Assembly (NCBI GenBank): GCA_044224215.1
Contig: JBGAKX010000038.1
Span: 1 to 34,814 of the forward strand
Direction: 5' to 3'
Origin: Blastocatellia bacterium
GTDB lineage: Bacteria; Acidobacteriota; Blastocatellia; UBA7656; JADIYM01
Length of the DNA stretch: 34,814 bases
The translations under genes were made by a program, and so were the position numbers. Shown one piece after another: positions 16,836 through 25,131 of the stretch; the stretch's first letter is position 1, and the number at the start of each line of letters is the position of its first letter. Below the pieces are notes generated by a model. The model was not told the origin of the DNA. It saw only the letters and a program-made list of their open reading frames with translations, and did not search any database.

Positions 16836-18596
16836 TCAGCGCGGCAGAAAGCACCGGAAAATCGCGCCGGGCGCCGCGTCGTCAACCTCGATCCTGCCGC
16901 CGTGCGCAAGCACGATCTTCTGCGTCAGCGCCAGTCCGATCCCGTATCCGCGCGCCCTCGTCGTGTAGAACGGAATGAAGATTTTTGCCACGTCCTCGCG
17001 AGGGATTCCCTTGCCGTTGTCGGCAACCGTGATGCACACCCAGCCGCCCGGCGTCTCGCGGACACCGACCGTGATTCGTCCACCCGTCCCGCCGCCGTCG
17101 AGCGCGTCAATGGAGTTCTGGACGAGATTGAGCACGGCTCGTCCGAGGAGCGCCTCGTCGCCGCGAACGACAAGATCGCGAGACGCGTCGACCTCGCGTT
17201 CGATCCGGATTCGCAGATCCCCGCATCGCGACTCGAACTTCGCGACGACGGCGTCCACCATGTCGACGACCGCAATGGGCGCGACAACCAGGTCCGCAGG
17301 CCGCGCAAAGTTCAGAAAGTCGGTGACCATCTGGGACAGCTCGGCGACCTCCGAAAGGAGAGCGTCCGACGACTCCGTCGCCTTGTCGGGCGCGAGCTCG
17401 GCAATCAGCTGTGTGAACCCCTGAATCGTCGCGAGCGAGTTCTTCAACTCGTGTGCGAGACCGGCTGCCATCTCGCCGAGGTTCGCGAGATTCTCCTGGA
17501 GACGCAGCCGCTCGCGCAGCCCGACAACCTCGGTCAGGTCCGTCATCAGAACCAGAACGACGTCCGCGGACCCGGACCCGTCCGAAATCGGTGACACCGA
17601 CACACCGATGCACCGAGGCGTCGCGTCACCCGTTCCGGAGCGCTTCAGGACCTCGCGGCGCTGGAACGCCTCGGCGTCCCTGAGACACGCGTCGACAAGG
17701 TCGCCGAGCTCGCCCGCATCTCGAAACGCGTCGCGCGCGGTCACGGATACGTTGCGAGCGCTTGGAAGGTCCGGGAACAGCTCGCGCGCCGCCCTGTTCG
17801 CCGCGGTGACGCGGCCCGCAGCGTCGATCACGACCAGGCCCGTCGGCATCTGCGCGATCACTCGCTCGCTGAATCGCTCGCTGCGCTCGGCGCGCGCGCG
17901 ATCGACCTGCGACCGCATTTCGAGCTCCTTTCCCTTGTGCTGCAGCTCGCCGATCACGGAATGGAACGTCTCGACGACGAAGTCCGCCTCGCGGTTCGCA
18001 CCGTTCTGCGACCCGGTCTGCGACGGCGCCGACGCGCGCGCGCCGGCGAGTCTCCGCATCCGGATCACGAGAAACCCGATCGCCGCGAGCACCACGAGCA
18101 GCGTGAGCGCTTGGTACGCCGCAACCGTGTTCGCCCACGAACCGGCAGGTGCATCCGGCTCGGCGATCGCGACGGACCGGTTGTCGGCGAGGCGCACCAG
18201 AAAGATTCTCACGTTCGGCGGCGCCGGCGTCACTCGCGCGGGGAACATTGCGCCGGACTCTGCCGGCCTCGGAACCGACTCCGAGAGCGCGTCGGCAAGC
18301 GACTCGCCACCTCCTGCTGATGCAATCGCCGTCCGTTCGCCTTCGGCAGAGTAGACGGCAGCCGCCACCGCGACGTCGAGCTCCTCGAGCACGCGCGCGA
18401 GCGGCGTGTCGCCGTGCTCGACCGCGCGCGCAACCGCGAGCGCATCGACGCGCTCGGCGTCGACACGCGCCTGCTCGGTCCGGACGCGGATCGTCGTGTC
18501 GACGCTCTGCCACAGCACGAAGATCAGCAGCACCGAGATGGCGGCGAGCCCTGCAATCAAGGCCCGGATGGCGTTGTCGCTGCGTTGAACGGCCAT
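16836..18596 (-). CDS. sensor histidine kinase (2 TM, periplasmic sensor, PAS, HisKA, HATPase_c)
   Basis: H-box AAGLAHELKNSLATIQGF; N-box and G-boxes (LVQNSIDAL, ITVADNGKGIP, GYGIGLAL); two predicted TM helices flanking a ~130-aa periplasmic region; no response regulator in the window. Confidence 0.85.
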   Translation of the reverse strand: MAVQRSDNAIRALIAGLAAISVLLIFVLWQSVDTTIRVRTEQARVDAERVDALAVARAVEHGDTPLARVLEELDVAVAAAVYSAEGERTAIASAGGGESLADALSESVPRPAESGAMFPARVTPAPPNVRIFLVRLADNRSVAIAEPDAPAGSWANTVAAYQALTLLVVLAAIGFLVIRMRRLAGARASAPSQTGSQNGANREADFVVETFHSVIGELQHKGKELEMRSQVDRARAERSERFSERVIAQMPTGLVVIDAAGRVTAANRAARELFPDLPSARNVSVTARDAFRDAGELGDLVDACLRDAEAFQRREVLKRSGTGDATPRCIGVSVSPISDGSGSADVVLVLMTDLTEVVGLRERLRLQENLANLGEMAAGLAHELKNSLATIQGFTQLIAELAPDKATESSDALLSEVAELSQMVTDFLNFARPADLVVAPIAVVDMVDAVVAKFESRCGDLRIRIEREVDASRDLVVRGDEALLGRAVLNLVQNSIDALDGGGTGGRITVGVRETPGGWVCITVADNGKGIPREDVAKIFIPFYTTRARGYGIGLALTQKIVLAHGGRIEVDDAAPGAIFRCFLPR

Positions 18597-18608
18597 CTCG
18601 CGCGCCCT

Positions 18609-19463
18609 CTAGAACAGACCCAGGTACAGGGCGATCAGGCGCTCTCCGAACAGCAGCGACACAATGGCACAGATCCCGAGGAACACCCCGAACGGAAGCT
18701 TGAACTCGGCTAGCTTCTCGCCGCGCAGAATCACGAGGCCCGTCACGGCGCCGAGAAGCGAACCAAGCAGGATCGTGAGCAGCGTCAGTTCCCAGCCGAG
18801 GTACGCGCCGACCATGCACATCATGCTCACGTCGCCCAGGCCGAGGCCTTCACGCTTTCGAATCAACCGGTACGCGACCGACACGACGAACAGCAGCCCT
18901 CCGCCGAACGTCGCTCCAAGCGCTGCGCCGGTAAACGAGATGAACCAGTCCGGGCTCGCGCTGATTCCGAACAGCCACGCGCCGCCGAACATCGACGAGC
19001 TCATTCCGACCAGGTTTGGGACGAGAATCCGTGCGCCGAGCGCAAACACGAGTCCGGTATGCGTGATCGCCGACGGCAGCAGCTGCCATTCCGCGTCGAT
19101 GAAGATGAGCGGAACGAGCATTGCGACGAAGACGAGATCACAGACTGCCTCGAGACCCGGCCCCTTGACGACCAGCACGGCAACGAACAACGCGCCGGTG
19201 ACCGCCTCGACCAGCGGATACCGGACCGGAATCGGTTGCTTGCACGCGCGGCACTTTCCGCCGAGCAGGACATAGCTGAGGAGGGGAATGTTGTCGTACG
19301 GCTTGATCGCCGTGCCGCACGATCCGCAGTGGCTCGCAGGGAGCACGATCGACTCGTCGCGCGGCCACCGGTGGATAATGACGTTGAGGAAGCTCCCGAT
19401 CACCAGACCGAGCAAACCGGCGATGATCGTCCACACCGCCGGCGGCAGCACGTCGTAGAACAT
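18609..19463 (-). CDS. pilD: prepilin peptidase (A24 family)
   Basis: Start refined to MFYDV..; N-terminal tetracysteine (CGSCGTAIKPYDNIPLLSYVLLGGKCRAC); two catalytic-Asp motifs (IFIDAEW, GLGLGDVSM); polytopic membrane protein. Confidence 0.85.
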   Translation of the reverse strand: MFYDVLPPAVWTIIAGLLGLVIGSFLNVIIHRWPRDESIVLPASHCGSCGTAIKPYDNIPLLSYVLLGGKCRACKQPIPVRYPLVEAVTGALFVAVLVVKGPGLEAVCDLVFVAMLVPLIFIDAEWQLLPSAITHTGLVFALGARILVPNLVGMSSSMFGGAWLFGISASPDWFISFTGAALGATFGGGLLFVVSVAYRLIRKREGLGLGDVSMMCMVGAYLGWELTLLTILLGSLLGAVTGLVILRGEKLAEFKLPFGVFLGICAIVSLLFGERLIALYLGLF

Positions 19464-19670
19464 GGCGCCTAGAATACTCAAGCCGGTCCCGGACACAAGG
19501 TTGGAAGCTGGGACGAAACAAGAAAAACCGCACGCAAAGACGCAGAGACGCAACGGCACAGAGACGAGTGCTCATCGTCGCTTGCCGGCTTTGGATCGTT
19601 CGCGTCTTTGCGTTCCCGGTTCTTTGCGTGCGGTGATAGTTGATGCGTTCAGAGTGCGCCGAATGCCCGG

Positions 19671-19699
19671 TTGACACCCATGGACTACCTTTGTAGACT
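19671..19699 (+). promoter_or_regulatory. sigma70-type promoter (TTGACA - 17 bp - TAGACT) upstream of the DUF4870 gene
   Basis: Consensus -35 hexamer, 17-bp spacer and near-consensus -10 hexamer, ~85 bp upstream of the ATG at 19787. Confidence 0.5.
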
Positions 19700-19786
19700 G
19701 CCGCAGGTCGTTCCGACCATCGCGGCACACCGCTCCAACCACAGCATTCACAACTGAATCACCGAACCACGAGGAGGCATGTTTCC

Positions 19787-20263
19787 ATGCAGAACCCACC
19801 GGGATCGTATCCGCCACCGCAGGGCTTCCAGCCGGGAGGCTATCCCCCGCCAGGTCCGCCCACGGGCAAGACCCAGACTCTCAATCTCGACTACAACATC
19901 GCGTCGGGTCTCTGTTACGTCCCGGTCTGTGCGATGAGCATCATCTTCCCGATTCTCTGGATCGTCACTGAGCCAAAGACGAACAAGCTCGTTCGTCAGC
20001 ACGCATTCCAGTCCCTCTTCCTCGGCATCGGCGGAGCGGTGATCTGGATCGTTTTGGCGATCTTCAGCGCAATTCTTCAGGCGGTTGCTGCAGCAGCCGA
20101 CAGCGGCGTCCTTGCCATGATCGTGGGCCTGGTCTTCATTGCCATCTTCGTCGTGTTCGGCCTGTTCATGCTGGCGATGGTAATCATGGGTCTCATCAAG
20201 GGTTTCAAGGGCGAATACTGGAAGATGCCGATCTTCGGTGCGTTCGCCGAGAAGTTCGCCTAA
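19787..20263 (+). CDS. DUF4870-family small membrane protein with Pro/Gly-rich N-terminus
   Basis: N-terminal PPPQGFQPGGYPPPGPP; DUF4870 signature ..LCYVP..IIFPILWIV....NKLVRQHAFQSLFLGIGG; three predicted TM helices. Confidence 0.65.
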   Translation: MQNPPGSYPPPQGFQPGGYPPPGPPTGKTQTLNLDYNIASGLCYVPVCAMSIIFPILWIVTEPKTNKLVRQHAFQSLFLGIGGAVIWIVLAIFSAILQAVAAAADSGVLAMIVGLVFIAIFVVFGLFMLAMVIMGLIKGFKGEYWKMPIFGAFAEKFA

Positions 20264-20271
20264 GGTCTCGC

Positions 20272-20910
20272 CTACGAGTTCTTTATGACGATGCGCTCGA
20301 GGATGTTTGCGACGTCCTCGCACCGGTCGATGGATCCCTCGATGCACTCGTAGAGGTCCTTCAGCCGGATGACCTCGATCGGGGAGGCGTTCCCCGAGAA
20401 GAGCTCACGAATCGCATCCCGATACTGTGCGTCGGCCTCGGCTTCCAGCCGGTGGATCGACGCGCAGTGTCCGGAGATTCCGTCGCGGTCGTTCAGGTGC
20501 TCGACGGCCGAACTGACCTCGCGCGCGCACGCCGCGAGCGACGTCGCGAGCGCCCGGAGCGACGCGTTCGTCGCGGCGAGCGACGACAACTCGGCAAAGC
20601 TCGCGGCTGAATACGCCCCATCGAGAATGTCGTCGAGGGCCGTGGCAAGCGCGTCGATGTCCTCGCGGTCAATCGGCGTGACGAACGACTTCTGGAGCAG
20701 CGCCATGATCTCGCGTGTCGCGTCGTCGCCCGTGTGCTCGAACGCCTTCAATTCGGCGACCCGCGCGGGCCATTCGCCGTCTTCCGAGAAGATCCGGACG
20801 AGGAGCTCGCACCCGCTGACCATCGCGCTGACGAGCGTATTGAACAGCTCGTAGTAGCGCTCCTCCTTGGGGAGGATCCGGAACACGCGGTCGACTCGCT
20901 TGAGGTCCAT
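20272..20910 (-). CDS. DUF47 family protein (PhoU-like, TIGR00153)
   Basis: 212 aa; all-helical; characteristic EERYYELF, PIDREDI and LERIVIKN elements of DUF47/YkaA. Confidence 0.75.
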   Translation of the reverse strand: MDLKRVDRVFRILPKEERYYELFNTLVSAMVSGCELLVRIFSEDGEWPARVAELKAFEHTGDDATREIMALLQKSFVTPIDREDIDALATALDDILDGAYSAASFAELSSLAATNASLRALATSLAACAREVSSAVEHLNDRDGISGHCASIHRLEAEADAQYRDAIRELFSGNASPIEVIRLKDLYECIEGSIDRCEDVANILERIVIKNS

Positions 20911-21038
20911 TGCGGCATTCTAACCGAGCCGACAACCGCGGACTAGTGTGCCGTGCCCGGGACGGCGTCCAATCCGCGCGTACCAGCGTCTCATCCGTTG
21001 TCCAATCTTGCGGACTCTGGTGGTACAATGCGCGCGCT

Positions 21039-21362
21039 TTGGCACTCAACCGCAGAGACTGGACCTTCCTGGTGATCGCGGGAGCCGTCATCGGCGTCCT
21101 CGTTGTTCTGTCGATGATGGGCAAGAAGCCGCCGCTGATCTCGGCGATTCCGGCGCACGCGGCGGTCACGAACGAGAGCAAGCGAACCGAGTGCGTCGCG
21201 TGCCACGACCCCAGGATCGAAGGCGTCGTCGCGCCGCTGCCCGCGTCGCATCCGACCAAGTGGCGCGACGAAAAGACCAACTGCACGCTGTGCCACAAGA
21301 CCTCTCCCGCCTCGACGGCCTCGGCCGCATTACCCCTCGCACAGGAGACGAAACACCAATGA
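21039..21362 (+). CDS. small membrane-anchored diheme c-type cytochrome
   Basis: Two CxxCH haem-binding motifs (CVACH, CTLCH) preceded by a hydrophobic anchor ([20 protein letters not shown]). Start codon uncertain (no in-frame ATG upstream of the TM; TTG near 21039 proposed). Stop overlaps the ald start. Confidence 0.5.
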   Translation: MALNRRDWTFLVIAGAVIGVLVVLSMMGKKPPLISAIPAHAAVTNESKRTECVACHDPRIEGVVAPLPASHPTKWRDEKTNCTLCHKTSPASTASAALPLAQETKHQ

Positions 21363-22471
21363 TTGTCGGACTGCCGAAGGAGATCAAGAACAACGAGTAT
21401 CGCGTCGGCCTGGTGCCGGCCGGCGCCAAGGCGCTCGTCGATCACGGCCACACGGTCATCGTCGAGCGAAGCGCGGGCGATGGAAGCGGCATCGCGGACG
21501 CCGAGTACGAGAAGGCCGGCGCGCGCTTGATCGACACAGCCGACGAGGTCTGGGCGAGCGCCGACATGATCGTGAAGGTGAAGGAGCCGATAGAGCCCGA
21601 GTATCCGCGGATGCGCGACGGGCAGATCCTGTACACGTACCTGCACCTCGCTCCTGCGGCCGACCTCACGCAGGTCATGCTCGATCGCGGAGTCACCGGC
21701 GTCGCCTACGAGACGATCACCGACGCGCGCGGCGGACTGCCGCTGTTGACCCCGATGAGCGAAGTGGCCGGCCGCATGTCGATCCAGGTCGGCGCGACGT
21801 ACCTCGAGCGCATCAACGGGGGACGCGGCGTGCTGCTCGGGGGAATCCCCGGCGTGCACCCGGGAAATGTCGTGATCATCGGCGGAGGCGTCGTCGGCAC
21901 GAACGCGGCCAAGATGGCCGTCGGTCTCGGCGCCGCGGTCACGATCGTCGACCTGAATCTCGACAGGCTGCGCGAGCTCGACGACATATTCGGAAGCCGC
22001 ATCAAGACGCTCGCGTCGAATGACTACACGCTGCACGAATCGGTCTCAAAGGCCGATCTCGTCATCGGCGCGGTGCTGATACCGGGCGCGTCGGCGCCAA
22101 AACTCGTCAAGCGCGCGATGCTCAAGGACATGCCGCCCAACTCGGTCATCGTCGACGTGGCCGTCGACCAGGGCGGATGTATCGAGACGACGCATCCGAC
22201 GACGCATTCGGATCCGACGTTCTTCGTCGACGGCGTGCTCCACTACTGCGTGGCGAACATGCCGGGCGCGGTGCCTCGAACCTCGACATTCGGGTTGACG
22301 AACGCGACGCTGCCGTTCGCGCTCCAGCTCGCGAACAAGGGCTTCGTCGAGGCGGTGCGCGGCAATCACCACCTTGCGGAAGGCGTGAACACGTACAAGG
22401 GCAAGATCGTCTACGAGGCGGTCGCCACGTCGCAGGGCCGGCCGTACACGGCACTGGAATCACTCCTTTAG
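21359..22471 (+). CDS. ald: alanine dehydrogenase
   Basis: N-terminal [18 protein letters not shown]; NAD-binding [21 protein letters not shown]; full-length similarity pattern to Ald/PNT alpha-subunit family (~370 aa). Confidence 0.9.
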   Translation: MIVGLPKEIKNNEYRVGLVPAGAKALVDHGHTVIVERSAGDGSGIADAEYEKAGARLIDTADEVWASADMIVKVKEPIEPEYPRMRDGQILYTYLHLAPAADLTQVMLDRGVTGVAYETITDARGGLPLLTPMSEVAGRMSIQVGATYLERINGGRGVLLGGIPGVHPGNVVIIGGGVVGTNAAKMAVGLGAAVTIVDLNLDRLRELDDIFGSRIKTLASNDYTLHESVSKADLVIGAVLIPGASAPKLVKRAMLKDMPPNSVIVDVAVDQGGCIETTHPTTHSDPTFFVDGVLHYCVANMPGAVPRTSTFGLTNATLPFALQLANKGFVEAVRGNHHLAEGVNTYKGKIVYEAVATSQGRPYTALESLL

Positions 22472-22481
22472 GCCGCGAATT

Positions 22482-22506
22482 AACGCAGATTCGCAATATC
22501 TGCGTT
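22482..22506. promoter_or_regulatory. perfect palindrome AACGCAGAT-tcgcaat-ATCTGCGTT between ald and the DUF512 gene
   Basis: 9-bp perfect inverted arms with a 7-bp spacer, read directly; no T-run, so an operator-like site or weak terminator. Confidence 0.4.
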
Positions 22507-22528
22507 GATCCGCGTTCGGTCTTTGCTT

Positions 22529-22537
22529 TGCTATACT
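22529..22537 (+). promoter_or_regulatory. extended -10 element TGcTATACT upstream of the DUF512 gene
   Basis: TGnTATACT lies 6 nt before the ATG at 22544 (possible leaderless or short-leader transcript); the same 10-mer TGCTATACTG recurs at 28479. Confidence 0.4.
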
Positions 22538-22543
22538 GACGGG

Positions 22544-23923
22544 ATGGCGCATTTGATCGACATCCCGGATACCGGCTTTGTTGCGCTCCGACGCAGCGGA
22601 GTGTCCGTCCTCGGTGTCGAACCAGGCTCGCTCGCCGAGGAGATGGGGATCGAGCCTGGTGACCGGTTGCTGCGCGTCAACGACGACAAGCTGCGTGACG
22701 TCATCGACTGGCGGTTCTACGCCGGCGGCGAGACCGAGATGGTCGTGACGATCGAGAAGGCAAGCGGCGAACTGTGGGAGCTCGACGTCGAGATCGACGA
22801 AGGCGACGAGTGGGGTCTCGAATTCGAGACGATGATGCCGCGCCAATGTGCGAACGACTGCGTCTTCTGCTTCATCAAGCAGAACCCCGCGGGGGCTCGC
22901 CGTTCGCTGTTCATCAAGGACGAGGACATCCGGCTGTCGTTTCTCCACGGAAACTACACGACGATGACCAACCTGACCGAGCGCGAATTCCGCCGGATCG
23001 TCGAACAGCGACTCTCGCCGCAATACGTCTCGGTGCACGCGACGGACCCCGAATTGCGGCGCGTCATGCTCGGACGTGAAAAGGCCGACGACATCGTTCG
23101 CACGATCGAACGTCTCACGCGCGAAGGTATCGAGGTGCACGCCCAGATCGTACTGTGTCCGACGATGAACGATGGCGACGCGCTCGAGCGCACCGTTCGC
23201 GATCTCGCGGCCCTCCATCCCGGCGTCGTGTCGGCGGCGATCGTCCCGCTCGGCGTCAGTCAGATCCACACCGATCGCGACAAGCTGACGCCGGCGACCG
23301 ACGAATGGTGCGCCGGCATCGTTGCGCAGGTGCGCCCGTGGCAGCGCGAGTTTCGCCGGTCGATGGGCACGACGTTCGCGTTTCTTGGCGACGAGTTCTA
23401 CCTCCGCGGCGGGTTGCCATTGCCGTCTGCGCGCCACTATGGCGAGTATCCGCAGATCGAGGACGGCGTCGGTATGGTCCGCCGGTTCGGGCGCCGGTTC
23501 GACGCGGCAATCGAGCGCAACCTTGCATTGCCTGAGCACCTGCGCCGCGGGACGCTTGCGACCGGGCGACTGTTTGCGCCGGTACTCGCGAGAGCCGTCG
23601 AACAGATGAACGACCGTCTTGCAGGCGAGCTTTCTGCGGTTTCCGTGACGAACCGGTTCTTTGGCGAAGAGATCACGGTTGCCGGCCTGTTGACGGGCGG
23701 TGACTTTGTCGCCGCGCGCGGCGATATCCGCGGTGAGTTCCTTGTCGTGCCCGCCGACTCCCTGCGAAGCCACGATCGCATATTCCTCGACGGCATGTCC
23801 GTGGCGGAGCTCGAGGCGGAACTCGGGATTCCCGTCCACGACAGCGACGCGTTCTTTGCCGAGGCGGGCCTCGGCGACCCGGACGAGGCCTACGTTCCGG
23901 CCCAGATGTATCCTCAGTGGTGA
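22544..23923 (+). CDS. PDZ domain / radical-SAM-like / DUF512 protein
   Basis: N-terminal PDZ (GVEPGSLAEEMGIEPGDRLLRVND); CxxxCxxC cluster CANDCVFC; C-terminal DUF512-like region; 459 aa. Confidence 0.75.
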   Translation: MAHLIDIPDTGFVALRRSGVSVLGVEPGSLAEEMGIEPGDRLLRVNDDKLRDVIDWRFYAGGETEMVVTIEKASGELWELDVEIDEGDEWGLEFETMMPRQCANDCVFCFIKQNPAGARRSLFIKDEDIRLSFLHGNYTTMTNLTEREFRRIVEQRLSPQYVSVHATDPELRRVMLGREKADDIVRTIERLTREGIEVHAQIVLCPTMNDGDALERTVRDLAALHPGVVSAAIVPLGVSQIHTDRDKLTPATDEWCAGIVAQVRPWQREFRRSMGTTFAFLGDEFYLRGGLPLPSARHYGEYPQIEDGVGMVRRFGRRFDAAIERNLALPEHLRRGTLATGRLFAPVLARAVEQMNDRLAGELSAVSVTNRFFGEEITVAGLLTGGDFVAARGDIRGEFLVVPADSLRSHDRIFLDGMSVAELEAELGIPVHDSDAFFAEAGLGDPDEAYVPAQMYPQW

Positions 23924-24009
23924 TCGCACGAAGGGTCGCCAGGGCGCGCCGCGTTCCCTGACGCGCGGTCCGCGCTTCTTCCACCGACAAACGGAACGCC
24001 AGCTCTGCA

Positions 24010-25131
24010 ATGACATCGCCCGACGTCATCCTCGAACCGCTGTCGACCGGCGACATCATCGACCGGTCGGTGCGGATCTACCGGCAGAACGTCCGGCCGT
24101 TGCTCGCAACGGTGCTCGTGCCGTTTCTCGTCGGAGCGCTTGGATGGCTGATGATGCAGTTCGGCAAGTCCAATCTCTCGATTGACGAGCCGACGCCCGG
24201 AACGCTCGCAAGCAGCATCATTCTGGTGGGCGGCGGATTCGTAGTCTGGCTGCTGTACGCCTACCTGATGGTGCTGACGGTCGCGGGGCTGTCGCGAACC
24301 ATCGGCGACTACCTCATGCTCGGCAAGCCGATCACGGTACGCGCGTCGGTCGTGGCTGTCCGCAGCCGCATCGGCGACCTCACGCTCGGCAGCCTCTTTC
24401 TCGCCGGAAGCGTGATCGTCGGTTCCATCATCATGATGGGCGTCTTCTTTGTCGCGATGCTCGTCGTCGGTATCGTGACGGCTGCGCTCGCGTGGTTGCA
24501 GCTGCCGCAGCAGTTGACGGGTGTGCTCGCAGTCGTCGTCCTGCTCGCCGCATTCGGTTTCGTCATTCTTGTCGTGGTCCCGTCGCTGCTCGCGCGCGTC
24601 GTGTTCATCCCGCAGGCGATCATGATCGAGGGATGCTCGGCATCGACGGCGCTGTCGCGGGCAATCGAGCTCGGCGCGCGGAACTGGAACCGCGTGCTCG
24701 CTATCCTGATCTTCAGCTACTTCACCGGGCTGTCGCTAGCGGCAGCGGTGCTGGCGCCGATCGCGCTTCTGTTGTGGCTGTCCGGCTACCTCGTGTTCGA
24801 CACGGCGTCGTTTGAGGCCGTCACGGGAGGCGTGCAGCAGTTCTCCTCGTTTCTCGTAGTGCCGGTCTGGTCGATCGCCTACACGCTGCTCTACTTCGAC
24901 AGCCGCGTCCGACGCGAAGGGTACGACGTCGACCTGCTCGCGCGACGATTGCCGCCGCCGCCCGTTCCACGCGCGGTGCCCGCACCCGCGTTTGCGTACG
25001 GAGCGCCGCAGCTGGCCGCGCCGGTCCAGTCCGGGTTTGCACGCACCAAGTTTGCGAGCGACGGGCGGTGTCTGCGGTGCGGCCGCTACAACCTCTTCAA
25101 CTCGGCGAACTGCCCCGGATGCGGATGGTGA
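24010..25131 (+). CDS. polytopic membrane protein (GP-PDE membrane-domain / YciC-like topology) with C-terminal zinc ribbon
   Basis: Approximately 6-7 predicted TM helices; C-terminal CLRCG..(x10)..CPGCG zinc-ribbon; Pro-rich linker. Confidence 0.55.
   Translation: MTSPDVILEPLSTGDIIDRSVRIYRQNVRPLLATVLVPFLVGALGWLMMQFGKSNLSIDEPTPGTLASSIILVGGGFVVWLLYAYLMVLTVAGLSRTIGDYLMLGKPITVRASVVAVRSRIGDLTLGSLFLAGSVIVGSIIMMGVFFVAMLVVGIVTAALAWLQLPQQLTGVLAVVVLLAAFGFVILVVVPSLLARVVFIPQAIMIEGCSASTALSRAIELGARNWNRVLAILIFSYFTGLSLAAAVLAPIALLLWLSGYLVFDTASFEAVTGGVQQFSSFLVVPVWSIAYTLLYFDSRVRREGYDVDLLARRLPPPPVPRAVPAPAFAYGAPQLAAPVQSGFARTKFASDGRCLRCGRYNLFNSANCPGCGW

Noticed and set aside
17626-18819. 397-aa minus-strand ORF (and several other 100-250-aa ORFs) overlapping the histidine kinase and pilD in other frames
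   Set aside because: These are alternative frames of genes with clear catalytic motifs; Arg-rich composition indicates a GC-driven open frame.
20910-21038. Longer cytochrome ORF starting at 20910 (MRHSNR...)
   Set aside because: The annotated M is a TTG with no RBS, and it would begin exactly at the divergent DUF47 start codon. A start just before the hydrophobic anchor is more plausible, though it remains uncertain.
20669-22036. 455-aa minus-strand ORF antisense to the cytochrome and ald genes, and 518-aa ORF (22460..24016) antisense to the DUF512 gene
   Set aside because: These are antisense to genes with strong domain evidence; no domain content; typical high-GC artefacts.
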